Source of the DNA: Poseidonia sp.
Lineage (GTDB): Archaea; Thermoplasmatota; Poseidoniia; Poseidoniales; Poseidoniaceae
Assembly: GCA_965661285.1 (NCBI GenBank)
Contig: CBFIDD010000003.1
Coordinates: forward strand, 64,001-128,000
Direction of reading: 5' to 3'
DNA: 64,000 bases
This document shows, one piece after another, positions 1 to 14,642 of the stretch (the stretch's first letter is position 1; each line of letters starts with the position of its first letter). The position numbers and the translations under genes are program-made. The notes under the pieces were generated by a model, which was not told the origin of the DNA, searched no databases, and was given only the letters and a program-made list of their open reading frames with translations.

Positions 1-522
1 GACAACGGCTTCAGGTGCACGCTTCTCAGACCACCCTGCTGCATCGATGCCGAGGCGTTCCGCCCCCTCTATAGAAAAGTTTGCTGCGATGTTTTCTTCA
101 GACCAACCCAAGCCGTTCAAAAGGCGCATCAATGAGGTTTCAAAATCATTGAAAGCCAAAGCCTTGGGTTGCTGATGACCCAGGTCGTTTTCTACGCCAT
201 CCGCCTCAGGCAGGTACACGACCCATGCTGTGGGTTGACCCTCTTGCAAACCGGCACGGCTGAACGCCTCCGAGATGTGGTGCGTACCTGCGACGTATCT
301 CAGGAATTCTGCATCAATGCTCCGAGCGACCATTCGCCCCCTGAGCGCATTCCTCGTGGCCTGTATCCAAGCGGTCCAAAGTTGCTCGTCGCCCATGACC
401 GCATGGCCGCCCAACAACACCCAGCGGTGAGAGGGGCGTTGCTTGAGAAAGGCATCGATATTGGATTGCGGGGAGCCGTTTTCGACACGAACGCCTCGGC
501 AGGGAAAGGCAGGAAAACCCAT
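1..522 (-). CDS. cgi121: KEOPS complex subunit Cgi121 (runs off the window edge, 3' end not seen)
   Basis: Not in the ORF track. Manual translation from ATG at 522 gives MGFPAFPCRG...ATRNALRGRMVARSIDAEFLRYVAGTHHISEAFSRAGL..., matching the Cgi121 signature; open to position 1; directly downstream of hel308, a known euryarchaeal linkage. Confidence 0.8.
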   Translation of the reverse strand, partial: MGFPAFPCRGVRVENGSPQSNIDAFLKQRPSHRWVLLGGHAVMGDEQLWTAWIQATRNALRGRMVARSIDAEFLRYVAGTHHISEAFSRAGLQEGQPTAWVVYLPEADGVENDLGHQQPKALAFNDFETSLMRLLNGLGWSEENIAANFSIEGAERLGIDAAGWSEKRAPEAVV

Positions 523-549
523 CAAATCATCCCAGAACGACCTTGGATT

Positions 550-3150
550 TCAATCATCCTCACCGCGCTCGCCCGCCAACGGTGCGTCATCGTCTCGTGG
601 AGCCGGGCTTGCTTTCTTGGCTGGAGTCCGCTTGAGTACGCGCGTGATCTCAACGTGAATCTTGTCGAGCAAAACCGGCCCCCACCCTCGTTTTGACAGC
701 AGAGCATCACGGTTCTTTCTCGACATGTTGAGGACATCGTTTGGTTCTCGCATCCCCAACGCCGCCAGTTCGCGAGCTCGCTGACGACCCACGTGTCGGA
801 TGTTCACAAGTTGAAGCAAGTCGGCTTTACAGCCGTGGCGAACTCGCTGTTGAAGGGTGCTTAATTGTTGAACCAAGGAAGCGACGACAGGGAGGTGTTC
901 CTCAGCAAAGACGTCGTCGGTCAGGAGGACATGTTGCGCGCCCGCCAACAACCATCCCATGAGGTCCACACGGTGATGCACATCGCCCGGAGAGACGTTG
1001 AGGGTGTCCTCAAGTTGGCGCAAGGTCGTCTCTTCCATCCACTCTTCGACCATCCATGCAGACTTGATGTTGCTCAACAGGGCCTCGGCATAACCCGGTT
1101 CAATGAGCAGTTCATCCTCGGTCGCATTCGCCTTGAGCCATGTGGGTGAATTGACCTCCATGTCGGCAGACTTGGCCCAGAGGGAGACGAAATCGGGCGT
1201 GGCCACGGCCAAGTGCAACAATCCGAAGTCCGTGAGCGGCGCATCTTTTCGCACTGCCCGGCGTACAGCCCGACGGAGTCCACGGCGCAGAATAGACGCC
1301 GAAAGGGGGTCGAGGTAGAGTTGTGTGACCCGTTCACCCATCGGGGTTGCTTCGTAGCGCATGTTTGGCCCGTCTTCTGCAGCGGGTTGGGCCCAACCGC
1401 CCGTGGAGGCGAGGGAGGTGGCTTTGGAGAACCCGATGGAGGGTGCGCCGTGGGCGCTTGATGGGCGCTTGGAGGGGGTCGGCTGGAGACCGCTTGGTGT
1501 CCACGATACGCCGTCGGTGGTTCGAGCGCTGGAGGCCCAGACGGGAACGGTGTCATCCCATGCTTCGTCATCGTCGACGGCGCGGTCCGCCCAATGCGAA
1601 GCGTAGTGTTCATCCAAACCGCATTTCCTGACGAAGCGCTCCTCAACCAGCCAGTCCAACATCGTGGTCAAGCGTTCTCGCAACTGAGATGGCGGCAGGG
1701 AGGCACCGAGAAATGTGGAGGAGAAGAAATGGTCAATCGTGCCCTTGTGAACCAGCCCGCCGGTGGCGATGCTGGCCAAAAGGTGCATGCGCAGGGCCGG
1801 CTCCGAGGCCAACTTTGAGGAAATGTCTTCGATGGGGCCGAAGAAATACCGGTCGGCGACAGCATCAGCAACCTCCCATCCATCGGTGCCTTTGCAGTAA
1901 ACCCATGCCTCCCCTTTGGTGTCGTATTTCGGTCGACCGGCCCGCCCGAGCATTTGTCGCACCTCCATAACCGGCAGGGGACGGCTCATGCCGTCGCCCC
2001 AGCGTTTCAAGTCCCTGACCAGCACGCGGCGAGCAGGGAGGTTCACACCAGCAGCAAGTGTTGGCGTGGCGGTGAGGGCGACCAGTAAACCCGATTTGAA
2101 CGCAGATTCGACGTCCTTTCGTTGAGCGTTGGTCAACCCTGCGTGGTGGAACCCCACGCCCGAAGAAAGACACGAAGACAATTGTTCGGCAAGGTTGGAT
2201 TGGCTCCGCCCGGTTAACTTCTCTGCCAGTGCCTTGAGTTTATCCAGCCGCTCCGGATTCTCCTTGACAAGGCGTTTTCGCACCCGCTTTGCCAAATTTT
2301 TCGCCTCGGATTGAGCACTCCGCCGAGTACCAACGAACAACAACACCTGCGCCTCTTGGTCCAACCCATCGCTGACCACGCTCCACACAGGATGGCTCTT
2401 CAGGCCCTCAAGGTCGCGCGGTGGGCTGAGAGGTTCGGTTTTGCCGTCTTCACTGGGGGATTGTATTTTTCTTGGCTCGACATGAAAGTCATGGAAGGTG
2501 GCATACTCCAACGCCACGGGTCGCCAATCCGACTGAATCAATTCAGCATCAAGCCACTGCGCCAATTTGGGGGAGTTTCCAACCGTTGCCGACAAGGCGA
2601 TGATTTGCGCATCCGGTTTGATGTGCCGAAGTCTCGTGAGGTTGATCTCGAGCGTCGGGCCGCGGGTAGCATCGTTCATCAGATGGAATTCATCCGCCAC
2701 GACACAACAGAGATCTGAAACAAGTTCGGCACGATGACGCAACAATGAATCCAATTTCTCGGACGTGCACACGAGAATGTTGCACTCATCGATGTTTTTC
2801 GCCTCGGCCGTTGCGTCACCAATGCCGAGACCAACCGAGAGCCCGCAGGCCGAAGCAATCGCTTTCAGGTCCTCGTATTTCTCCATCGCCAACGCCTTGA
2901 GGGGGACGATGTAGACGGCTTTTGAGCGGTCGTGGCCTTCCGAGAGTCGTTTCAACATTCCCATGTAAGCCAGCAAGGATTTCCCCGACGCTGTCGGTAT
3001 CGCCACCAAGGTGTTCCGTCCACTCAAAATGCTCGGTATCGCCTCGGCTTGTGGAGGGTGGAGGCGCTCAATGCCCCATTCATCGTTGAGAAACGTGAGG
3101 AACGGAGTTGGAAGGTCAAGGCTTGAAACGGCCCGATTGTCCACCTCCAT
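550..3150 (-). CDS. hel308: Hel308/Hjm Ski2-like SF2 DNA helicase
   Basis: Q motif LHPPQ, Walker A IPTASGKS, DEFH, SAT, TPTLAAGVNLPA, QMLGRAGRP, C-terminal HhH IRHVGRQRARELA. Confidence 0.93.
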   Translation of the reverse strand: MEVDNRAVSSLDLPTPFLTFLNDEWGIERLHPPQAEAIPSILSGRNTLVAIPTASGKSLLAYMGMLKRLSEGHDRSKAVYIVPLKALAMEKYEDLKAIASACGLSVGLGIGDATAEAKNIDECNILVCTSEKLDSLLRHRAELVSDLCCVVADEFHLMNDATRGPTLEINLTRLRHIKPDAQIIALSATVGNSPKLAQWLDAELIQSDWRPVALEYATFHDFHVEPRKIQSPSEDGKTEPLSPPRDLEGLKSHPVWSVVSDGLDQEAQVLLFVGTRRSAQSEAKNLAKRVRKRLVKENPERLDKLKALAEKLTGRSQSNLAEQLSSCLSSGVGFHHAGLTNAQRKDVESAFKSGLLVALTATPTLAAGVNLPARRVLVRDLKRWGDGMSRPLPVMEVRQMLGRAGRPKYDTKGEAWVYCKGTDGWEVADAVADRYFFGPIEDISSKLASEPALRMHLLASIATGGLVHKGTIDHFFSSTFLGASLPPSQLRERLTTMLDWLVEERFVRKCGLDEHYASHWADRAVDDDEAWDDTVPVWASSARTTDGVSWTPSGLQPTPSKRPSSAHGAPSIGFSKATSLASTGGWAQPAAEDGPNMRYEATPMGERVTQLYLDPLSASILRRGLRRAVRRAVRKDAPLTDFGLLHLAVATPDFVSLWAKSADMEVNSPTWLKANATEDELLIEPGYAEALLSNIKSAWMVEEWMEETTLRQLEDTLNVSPGDVHHRVDLMGWLLAGAQHVLLTDDVFAEEHLPVVASLVQQLSTLQQRVRHGCKADLLQLVNIRHVGRQRARELAALGMREPNDVLNMSRKNRDALLSKRGWGPVLLDKIHVEITRVLKRTPAKKASPAPRDDDAPLAGERGEDD

Positions 3151-3238
3151 ACCGCTTCATATTGGGCAGCGGTTCAAAAGGACAACGCCCTCGTTTGGTT
3201 GCCGACACCTACAAGTTCCACCGGTGAATGGTCGGGTC

Positions 3239-3847
3239 ATGAGCGACGAGCGAGATGCCATGGTCGAAGAACGACTTTCGGTCTTTGATGACGAGCCTGA
3301 CCTCAACGACTGGGTTGAGGTGATGTGTGGTGCAGCCATGGTTGTGCTCGGCATTTTTCATCTGGTCGAGCCAGGCAACCTCGTCGACCCCGACATCATG
3401 CGCTGGTTCGCAGCGGCCGTTGTCGCAGCAGGGGCAGTGTGGGCTGGGCACGGCCTCAAGGACATGGGTGTAAAGGAAGTTCGCCGCTCCATCGCCGTAC
3501 TGGACATGGTCAACAACGACCAAGGCGTCGACACCGGTTTGATTCGCGACGTCCTCCTCAACCAAGAGGCGTACAGAGAATTCCTCGTTCATGCTTACGA
3601 ATCGGCTTGGGAAGACGGCGTCATCACCGAAGCGGAATTGAAGGAGTTGAAATCGTTCCAAGAAGCTCTTGGTATCAGCGATGAGGAGGCAGCCGACCTC
3701 AACGTGAAGGCCGCCATCAAATCCGCCGCTGCTGACGGTAAAATCACCGATGAAGAAGCAAAATCCATCGAAAGGGCCGCCAAGGCTGCAAAGATGACCG
3801 AAGAAGAAACGGCGGAAGCTGTCAACAAAGAATTGGACAAGGCTTGA
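3239..3847 (+). CDS. Hypothetical 2-TM membrane protein with repeated TerB-like DGxIT..E helical motifs
   Basis: ATG at 3239 (MSDERD) preferred over the track start, which overlaps hel308; two hydrophobic helices, then AWEDGVITEAE and AAADGKITDEE. Confidence 0.7.
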   Translation: MSDERDAMVEERLSVFDDEPDLNDWVEVMCGAAMVVLGIFHLVEPGNLVDPDIMRWFAAAVVAAGAVWAGHGLKDMGVKEVRRSIAVLDMVNNDQGVDTGLIRDVLLNQEAYREFLVHAYESAWEDGVITEAELKELKSFQEALGISDEEAADLNVKAAIKSAAADGKITDEEAKSIERAAKAAKMTEEETAEAVNKELDKA

Positions 3848-5902
3848 TCAGTCCCATACCGTTCTGCTGTTCGTCCCGTATCCTTGGGCCATCTGCTGCG
3901 CTTTTGACTTGCGTTGAACTTCCATCCAGGTGGCGACCAGACCAAGAGCGAGACCGCCCAACATGAGCGTCCCACCGTAGGGCAAGAGGCCTGAGGCGCT
4001 CTCTAGGCCCCAAGACGATGCAGGAATGTCGCCGGCGTCAAAGCCATCGGAAGGGATGAACAGCACATCGAGCAGATCCAAATCGCAGTCACACAGCGAA
4101 ATGGAGATGCGTTCCGGGAAGAGTGAGGCCTGGAGGCGAACCCAATCATCGGCATCGATGTTCGCTGGACGCGTGGCCCAAGCAGGGGCGGCAAAAGACC
4201 CGGTTGCAGGAGCAGAGACCATTTCCGTGTTGAGGTGAATGACCGACGAGGCCGGTTGTTCATCGACCACCAACATGGCCTCAAGCATGAGTAAATCGAG
4301 CAGAAGTGAACGTCCTGCAAGCAGAATGAAGCGCACGGTTTGGCTCTCCAGCATACCCTCTTGCGTTTGTTGGGTTTGGCCTTTGGCGACTTGGCCAAAA
4401 ATCGCCTTATCGAGGCGCAGCGATTCCAATTCGGGCACCACCAGTTGCCATCGTCCGTCATCGAGGGGGATGGCTTTCTCAATGTCCAACTTCATCTTCA
4501 AACGCTCGCCTTCCAACATGCCCCACGTCGCTCCTGTGTGGGTGTAGAGGGTCTGCTCTGGAACACCTTCGGCCGAGACATCCCAAAGTTGCTGAAGTCG
4601 CATCTCCACCAGGGTCTCGAGTGTGATTTCATCTTGGTGTTGCACCTCATCGGCGATCGCCCACATCGGATGCAGTATCCCTCCGACCAACAACATCAAC
4701 ACACCGGGCACGAAGAGACCATAGCGAACAAAGTAGGCGGTCGTTGGGCGCATGGCGACGACCAAAAACAACAGCAGCATCATGACGGAGACAATGAGCA
4801 TACCGACGCCGTGGTCGTCCAGTTTTTCGTAGCGGTCCATATCACCAACAAAGGCGGCGCCTTGTGGGTAGAAACTTGCAGAAGCAAAACCGCTTGGGTC
4901 GGTGGGTCCGAGCCCCTCGTAACCGAAGACACCTGTCCAGGAGTAGGACTGAATCTTGTCGGGGGAGCCGTGCATACAGAGGGTGTAATCACCGGTGGGA
5001 AGGGCTCGCCAACGGTAGGTTATTTTCAGCGATTCACCGTCGTCGTCGACCACAACGTCTGGAGAGGGAGAAAGACGCCCTGCTGCGGTGATGAGGTCCG
5101 GTACAGGGTGCGGTTGTTCAATCTCAATGGGAACCAAATCCCACTCTACCAGGAGGCGAAGGACTTCATGAGTTTCAACCTCAAAGGCCCAACAATCATG
5201 GTCAGCACCGACCAAAGCGCCACGGTGAATGTCTTCGAAAACCGTCTCCACGGGTTGGGCGGCAGAAGAGGGTTCATCCAAGTCAGCACGTGCTGCATCG
5301 ATGGACCACGGAACATCGAGTTTGAGGAAGGAAGCGCCCCGCATGTTAAGCGACCAGGTCCCGGGTCGGTCGAGCGTGACGGAGAAGAAGAGACGAACCG
5401 GGTCATCCTCCCACAACACACGGCCTTCGTTGAGATTCAGGGGCTCGTCTTCGAGCTCGTAGTTTGAGGCGGCGAGTTCAGGAAGGCTGCTGGCCTCGAA
5501 GGACCATTCGTTGACGTTTTGGCCAAGCACCAGACGCACCTCGACCGCCGGTCGAAACAGGCTGCCTGCTTCGGTTTGGTGTTTGAAGTCCAGTTGGAAG
5601 GATTTCATGGTCTCTGGGAGCAGGGCGATGTGATTCTGAGCAGGATCCATCTCAAATTCAAAGGTCAACACCTCGGGTTGAACCACATTGGCAAAGGTCT
5701 GCCCTGAAACTTCTTCCTCACCGATTGGCGTCGGTGTGAGGACACAGTCGTTATCGGCCCGGCAAGACAGAAACATATCGCCGTTCGCTTCGGTGAGGTC
5801 GGCTGAGACGGGCACAGCGGGATGAAGCAGCAAGGCGAGAAAGGAAGCGAGCAGAACCAACGACCTGCCCTTGGACCGCGAGCCGTTCATCATCAAATCC
5901 AA
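3848..5902 (-). CDS. Large hypothetical exported/membrane protein
   Basis: 684 aa ORF; signal peptide ending AVPVSA, internal TM pair, C-terminal TM; no recognised catalytic motif. Confidence 0.75.
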   Translation of the reverse strand: MDLMMNGSRSKGRSLVLLASFLALLLHPAVPVSADLTEANGDMFLSCRADNDCVLTPTPIGEEEVSGQTFANVVQPEVLTFEFEMDPAQNHIALLPETMKSFQLDFKHQTEAGSLFRPAVEVRLVLGQNVNEWSFEASSLPELAASNYELEDEPLNLNEGRVLWEDDPVRLFFSVTLDRPGTWSLNMRGASFLKLDVPWSIDAARADLDEPSSAAQPVETVFEDIHRGALVGADHDCWAFEVETHEVLRLLVEWDLVPIEIEQPHPVPDLITAAGRLSPSPDVVVDDDGESLKITYRWRALPTGDYTLCMHGSPDKIQSYSWTGVFGYEGLGPTDPSGFASASFYPQGAAFVGDMDRYEKLDDHGVGMLIVSVMMLLLFLVVAMRPTTAYFVRYGLFVPGVLMLLVGGILHPMWAIADEVQHQDEITLETLVEMRLQQLWDVSAEGVPEQTLYTHTGATWGMLEGERLKMKLDIEKAIPLDDGRWQLVVPELESLRLDKAIFGQVAKGQTQQTQEGMLESQTVRFILLAGRSLLLDLLMLEAMLVVDEQPASSVIHLNTEMVSAPATGSFAAPAWATRPANIDADDWVRLQASLFPERISISLCDCDLDLLDVLFIPSDGFDAGDIPASSWGLESASGLLPYGGTLMLGGLALGLVATWMEVQRKSKAQQMAQGYGTNSRTVWD

Positions 5903-5920
5903 CCAACATGATGGAGTATT

Positions 5921-6457
5921 TCATTCAATGTCCTGTGCGGGCACATCCTCAAGCACCGTTCGACAGGAGCGGCAAAGGTAGCGACCTCCACCTCGCCGCT
6001 GACGAGGGAATCGAAGGTCGCAGGTCTTGCAAACCCAATGCCACTTGGCCCTCATCAGACGCTGTTCGTGCGTAAACGCCTTCCCTCGTACGGCTCCGAT
6101 GGCATCAGGCCAATGGGCCTCCATGGCTCGAAACGATGCATCGTGCGCACGGTGGCCTAAGACATGGAGAAACTCGTGGAAGAGGACAAACGCTGCGTAA
6201 TCGTGCCATGCTGCATCGAGCAAAGCAGGGTGAAGGTCGACGACGTCAACCGACAGGCTTCCGCTCGGCATGCGATTCCAACGCGTCACGCCATGACGCT
6301 GTGTAGCGTTTGAGCGGAGCACCCCCAGCGGCACATCGGCCAGTGATGAAAGGTCGACCGATTCGAGGAACGGCAAGGCTTGCATTGTTTCGAGAACCTC
6401 CTTGCGAAGGTCGCTGAGCAACGCAACTTGTTGGCTGCTGGGCTTCACCAACGCCAT
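5921..6457 (-). CDS. SprT-like zinc metalloprotease with C-terminal Zn ribbon
   Basis: HEFLH zincin motif, downstream GHRAHDASF, then CKTC...CRSC. Confidence 0.7.
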   Translation of the reverse strand: MALVKPSSQQVALLSDLRKEVLETMQALPFLESVDLSSLADVPLGVLRSNATQRHGVTRWNRMPSGSLSVDVVDLHPALLDAAWHDYAAFVLFHEFLHVLGHRAHDASFRAMEAHWPDAIGAVRGKAFTHEQRLMRAKWHWVCKTCDLRFPRQRRGGGRYLCRSCRTVLEDVPAQDIE

Positions 6458-6460
6458 CCC

Positions 6461-6925
6461 TCACGACCAGCGATGGTAGGCAGGGTGGCCCTCTTTGACG
6501 GCGACAAAGAGGCCACTGCCGGTGGCGCACACTTTCCCTTCAGCCTCAAGCGTGAGGCTGACCGAGACCCTGTCCTCAAGCACCTCAGTGCTCTGGCTGA
6601 TGACGGTAAGCGTGGCGCCAAGTGGGGTCGGGCGACGAAGTTGAACGTCGTACTTTGCGGTAACCGTGCAGGGTGGTTCGCTCAAGCCCTGCGCGTCCAT
6701 GAGCGCAACGGCTGCCGTCCAGTTTCCATGACAATCGAGCAGGGTACCGATAATGCCACCGTTCACCATCCCGGGGAAGGCTTGGTGGTGGTCTTCTGGC
6801 GTGTATTCCATACGCAGGCCACCGTCAATGCGGTAGGAATTGATGCGCAGGCCTTTTTCGTTCGCTGGCCCACAGCCAAAACAAATCGACGAGGGGGCAT
6901 ACATGCGCTGAACGCCTTCTTCCAT
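6461..6925 (-). CDS. PaaI/hotdog-fold thioesterase
   Basis: CFGCG.N..GL start and HQAFPGMVNGGIIGTLLD motif. Confidence 0.85.
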   Translation of the reverse strand: MEEGVQRMYAPSSICFGCGPANEKGLRINSYRIDGGLRMEYTPEDHHQAFPGMVNGGIIGTLLDCHGNWTAAVALMDAQGLSEPPCTVTAKYDVQLRRPTPLGATLTVISQSTEVLEDRVSVSLTLEAEGKVCATGSGLFVAVKEGHPAYHRWS

Positions 6926-7009
6926 ACCCTTCGGTGGGGGGACAGATTGATGATTCTTCCCTCATCTCTCCTGCGGAGTGTTGATGTTGGTCACCCACGT
7001 GGAAAGAAC

Positions 7010-8323
7010 ATGGCCGGGAAGAGGAAGAAAACGGTTCGCAAGGTTCGGGTTGCTCACGAACTTCCAAAACGCCGTAGAATGGCGATTGAAGAGGCCATGG
7101 AAGCCCACAAAACCGAAGATCGTCCAGAGTGGGACCGCGTCTCTCATTGGGGCGACATCCGCTTTAATCGGAAACGGATCAAACCCGGCACCCTACGAAC
7201 CGTTCACCTCCCGCTCTTGAACGTCAGTCTCGGGGACGAGTGGCCGATTCCGGTCACCATCATCCACGGTGCTCGGCCAGGGCCGTGCATCACCGTCATC
7301 GGTGGCATCCACGGGGACGAGTTGACCGGACCCTCTGCCTGCACGCATTTGCTGAGCAATGCGTTTACCGACGAAGGCAAACCGCTTGACCCAACGAGCT
7401 TGGCGGGGACGTTGCGGATTGTTCCCGTCGTGAACCTCCCCGGCTATCGCATGAAATCGAGGTATTTTCCGGATGGACGGGACCTCAACCGACAATTTCC
7501 GGGGAATCCAGGCGGGTCCACCACCCGGCGTGTCGCCAATCAGGTCTGGACCCATCTGGTCGAGGGAAGTGACGCCATCATCGACTTGCACAGCGCCGCA
7601 AAAGGGCGACGAAACATGCCCCAGGTTCGCGTCGACATGACCCATACAAGTTCGTTCTTACTTGCGAAATCCTTCGGCATCGAAATCCTCCTCGACTCCA
7701 TACCGCCAAAGGGTACATTGAGGAGAACGGCGAACAGAGCCGACATCCCTGTCATCACCTACGAAGGGGGAAGCGCCGATACACTTGGGGACCAATCGGT
7801 GAAGGTGGCCGTTCACGGTGTGATGAACGTCCTGCGTTCCATGCGCATGGTTCCCGGCAACCCACAGCGGCCGAGATTTCGTATCATGGCCAGCGGTTCA
7901 ACCTGGCTGCGTGCAGGTGAAGGCGGTCTGCTCGATATGTTTGTCCGAGCGGGGAGCATCATGCGAGAAGGCGAGGTGGTCGCGACCATCTCCGATCCGG
8001 CGACGCCGGGCATGACCGTCGACATCGTCGCTCCGGAAGACGGGCTGATCATCGGTGCAGCCACCAATCCCTTCACCGCAGCCGGCATGCCGGTGGGTCA
8101 TTTCTTACCGATCTCCAAACACTTCCGATTGCTGGAGGAGCAAATCGACGAAAAAGGCCACTTCATCGTGAACGGCAGCCTTGAGGAGCGGGTTTGGCGA
8201 GAAGAACACGAAGTCTCTGAAGTCTCCCTTGATGGCGAATGGAGCGGCGGCACCGTCGACTCGGAATGGGTCAGTTCGAAATCCCAGAGCGAGGAAAAGG
8301 ATTTCGAGGAAGAAGCAGCCTGA
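7010..8323 (+). CDS. Succinylglutamate desuccinylase/aspartoacylase family (M14-like) hydrolase
   Basis: GGIHGDE, DLNRQFPG, IIDLHS, YEGG motifs; start set at ATG 7010 (MAGKRKK) because the upstream part of the track ORF overlaps other genes. Confidence 0.85.
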   Translation: MAGKRKKTVRKVRVAHELPKRRRMAIEEAMEAHKTEDRPEWDRVSHWGDIRFNRKRIKPGTLRTVHLPLLNVSLGDEWPIPVTIIHGARPGPCITVIGGIHGDELTGPSACTHLLSNAFTDEGKPLDPTSLAGTLRIVPVVNLPGYRMKSRYFPDGRDLNRQFPGNPGGSTTRRVANQVWTHLVEGSDAIIDLHSAAKGRRNMPQVRVDMTHTSSFLLAKSFGIEILLDSIPPKGTLRRTANRADIPVITYEGGSADTLGDQSVKVAVHGVMNVLRSMRMVPGNPQRPRFRIMASGSTWLRAGEGGLLDMFVRAGSIMREGEVVATISDPATPGMTVDIVAPEDGLIIGAATNPFTAAGMPVGHFLPISKHFRLLEEQIDEKGHFIVNGSLEERVWREEHEVSEVSLDGEWSGGTVDSEWVSSKSQSEEKDFEEEAA

Positions 8324-9652
8324 TCAAGAAGCGCTGAACGAGGCCACAGCGGCATGAATTTCCTCATCGAGCATGTTTCGCTTTTGGCTCTTGGCCACCT
8401 CAAAGAGATGGGCGACGAGGTCGTCTTCGGCCTCAATGCCCTGTTGCTCCAACCACCAAATGATGTTGGAACGGCCGGACATGTGGCCGATACGAATCAC
8501 TTGCTTCAATCCGAAATCTCCGGCAGGAACGCCCGAATAAACACGGTCTGCAAGCCAATCGTCGCCTTTTCGCATGGCTTTGATGACGGCTGAGGCGTGC
8601 ACGCCTGTCCCCGTTTCGAAAGCGTCTTCTCCAAAGACCGGGTAGTTTCGGGGAAGGGGAACTTCGATGTATTCGTTCGCTTTTTGCATGTAGGTGTCGA
8701 GCAGCGTGAGGTCGTTGTCAATGACACCCATGAGTTTGAGGTTCACGAGCGTTTGGTCGAGCGGTGCGTTCCCTGCTCGCTCGCCGACGCCCAAAGCGGT
8801 GCCGTGAATGACGTCAGCACCTGCTTCAACAGCGGCGATGTTGTTGGCCACACCCAAACCACGGTCCTGATGGCCGTGCCAGTTGACCTCAATCTCTCGG
8901 CGCTGGAAACCTGAATCCTTGATGACTTCTTCGTCGATGAAGGCGAGGAGTTTCTTCACACCGTTGGGCGTCACGTGACCACAGGTGTCGCAAACACAAA
9001 GCCGGCGGACGCCAAGTTCCATGGCTCGTTGATAGATCATCTTCACATCTTCAGGGTTGGAACGGGTGGTGTCTTCGGTGACAAACATAACGGGAACATC
9101 GTTCTCCACCGCATACGAAACGGCTTTTTCCATGGTGGTCATCAATTTCTCCATCGTCCAACCTTCGGTGTACTGACGAATCGGGCTGGTGCCGAGGAAT
9201 GCCGAGGCTTGGATTTCCATTTCGTGTTTTGCTTGCATCTCCACCAGTGGTTCGATATCACCCATCAAGGTTCGAACAGCCGCCCCAGGGCGAATGGCAT
9301 AGTCGTTTTCTCGAATGTGCGAGAGCATGGCATCGATGTGCGAGCGATGGAATGGCCCGGCTCCCGGCAGACCGAGGTCAACCTTTTGGAGGCCAAGTTG
9401 CTCCATGTAGCTGAGCAGTTCGATTTTCTGTTCGATGGTAGGATTGCGAGCGCTGGGGCTTTGCAAGCCGTCCCTGAGCGTTTCGTCATCAAACCAAACC
9501 CCGTGTGGGTGGTTGGATGCATTGCGCTTGAAGTCGTACTCCACCGTGTTCCAATCGTAAATCAAAGAGCGCTCGTCCATCAATCTCACCGCTGGGAGGA
9601 AGGTCCCCAGCAAGCGGGAGAAGTTGCCTTCCCGTTTGAATGCGTCGCTCAT
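8324..9652 (-). CDS. LeuA/homocitrate synthase family DRE-TIM acyltransferase lacking the C-terminal regulatory domain
   Basis: DETLRDGLQ, CDT, HGHQDRG, GVGERAGN, GVHASA motifs; substrate not determinable. Confidence 0.85.
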   Translation of the reverse strand: MSDAFKREGNFSRLLGTFLPAVRLMDERSLIYDWNTVEYDFKRNASNHPHGVWFDDETLRDGLQSPSARNPTIEQKIELLSYMEQLGLQKVDLGLPGAGPFHRSHIDAMLSHIRENDYAIRPGAAVRTLMGDIEPLVEMQAKHEMEIQASAFLGTSPIRQYTEGWTMEKLMTTMEKAVSYAVENDVPVMFVTEDTTRSNPEDVKMIYQRAMELGVRRLCVCDTCGHVTPNGVKKLLAFIDEEVIKDSGFQRREIEVNWHGHQDRGLGVANNIAAVEAGADVIHGTALGVGERAGNAPLDQTLVNLKLMGVIDNDLTLLDTYMQKANEYIEVPLPRNYPVFGEDAFETGTGVHASAVIKAMRKGDDWLADRVYSGVPAGDFGLKQVIRIGHMSGRSNIIWWLEQQGIEAEDDLVAHLFEVAKSQKRNMLDEEIHAAVASFSAS

Positions 9653-9694
9653 CTCACCTTGGGCTGAAGAAAGCCCGTGCCGCCTTGAAAAGCA

Positions 9695-14642
<4,948 letters not shown>

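Noticed and set aside
4340-5467. 375-aa plus-strand ORF (similarly 24042-25145, 48255-49310 and minus-strand 38644-39579)
   Set aside because: Overlap better-supported genes on the opposite strand; the translations look like antisense text.
6380-7009. N-terminal 210 aa of the 647-aa track ORF
   Set aside because: Antisense to the thioesterase and SprT-like genes; the real start is more plausibly ATG 7010.
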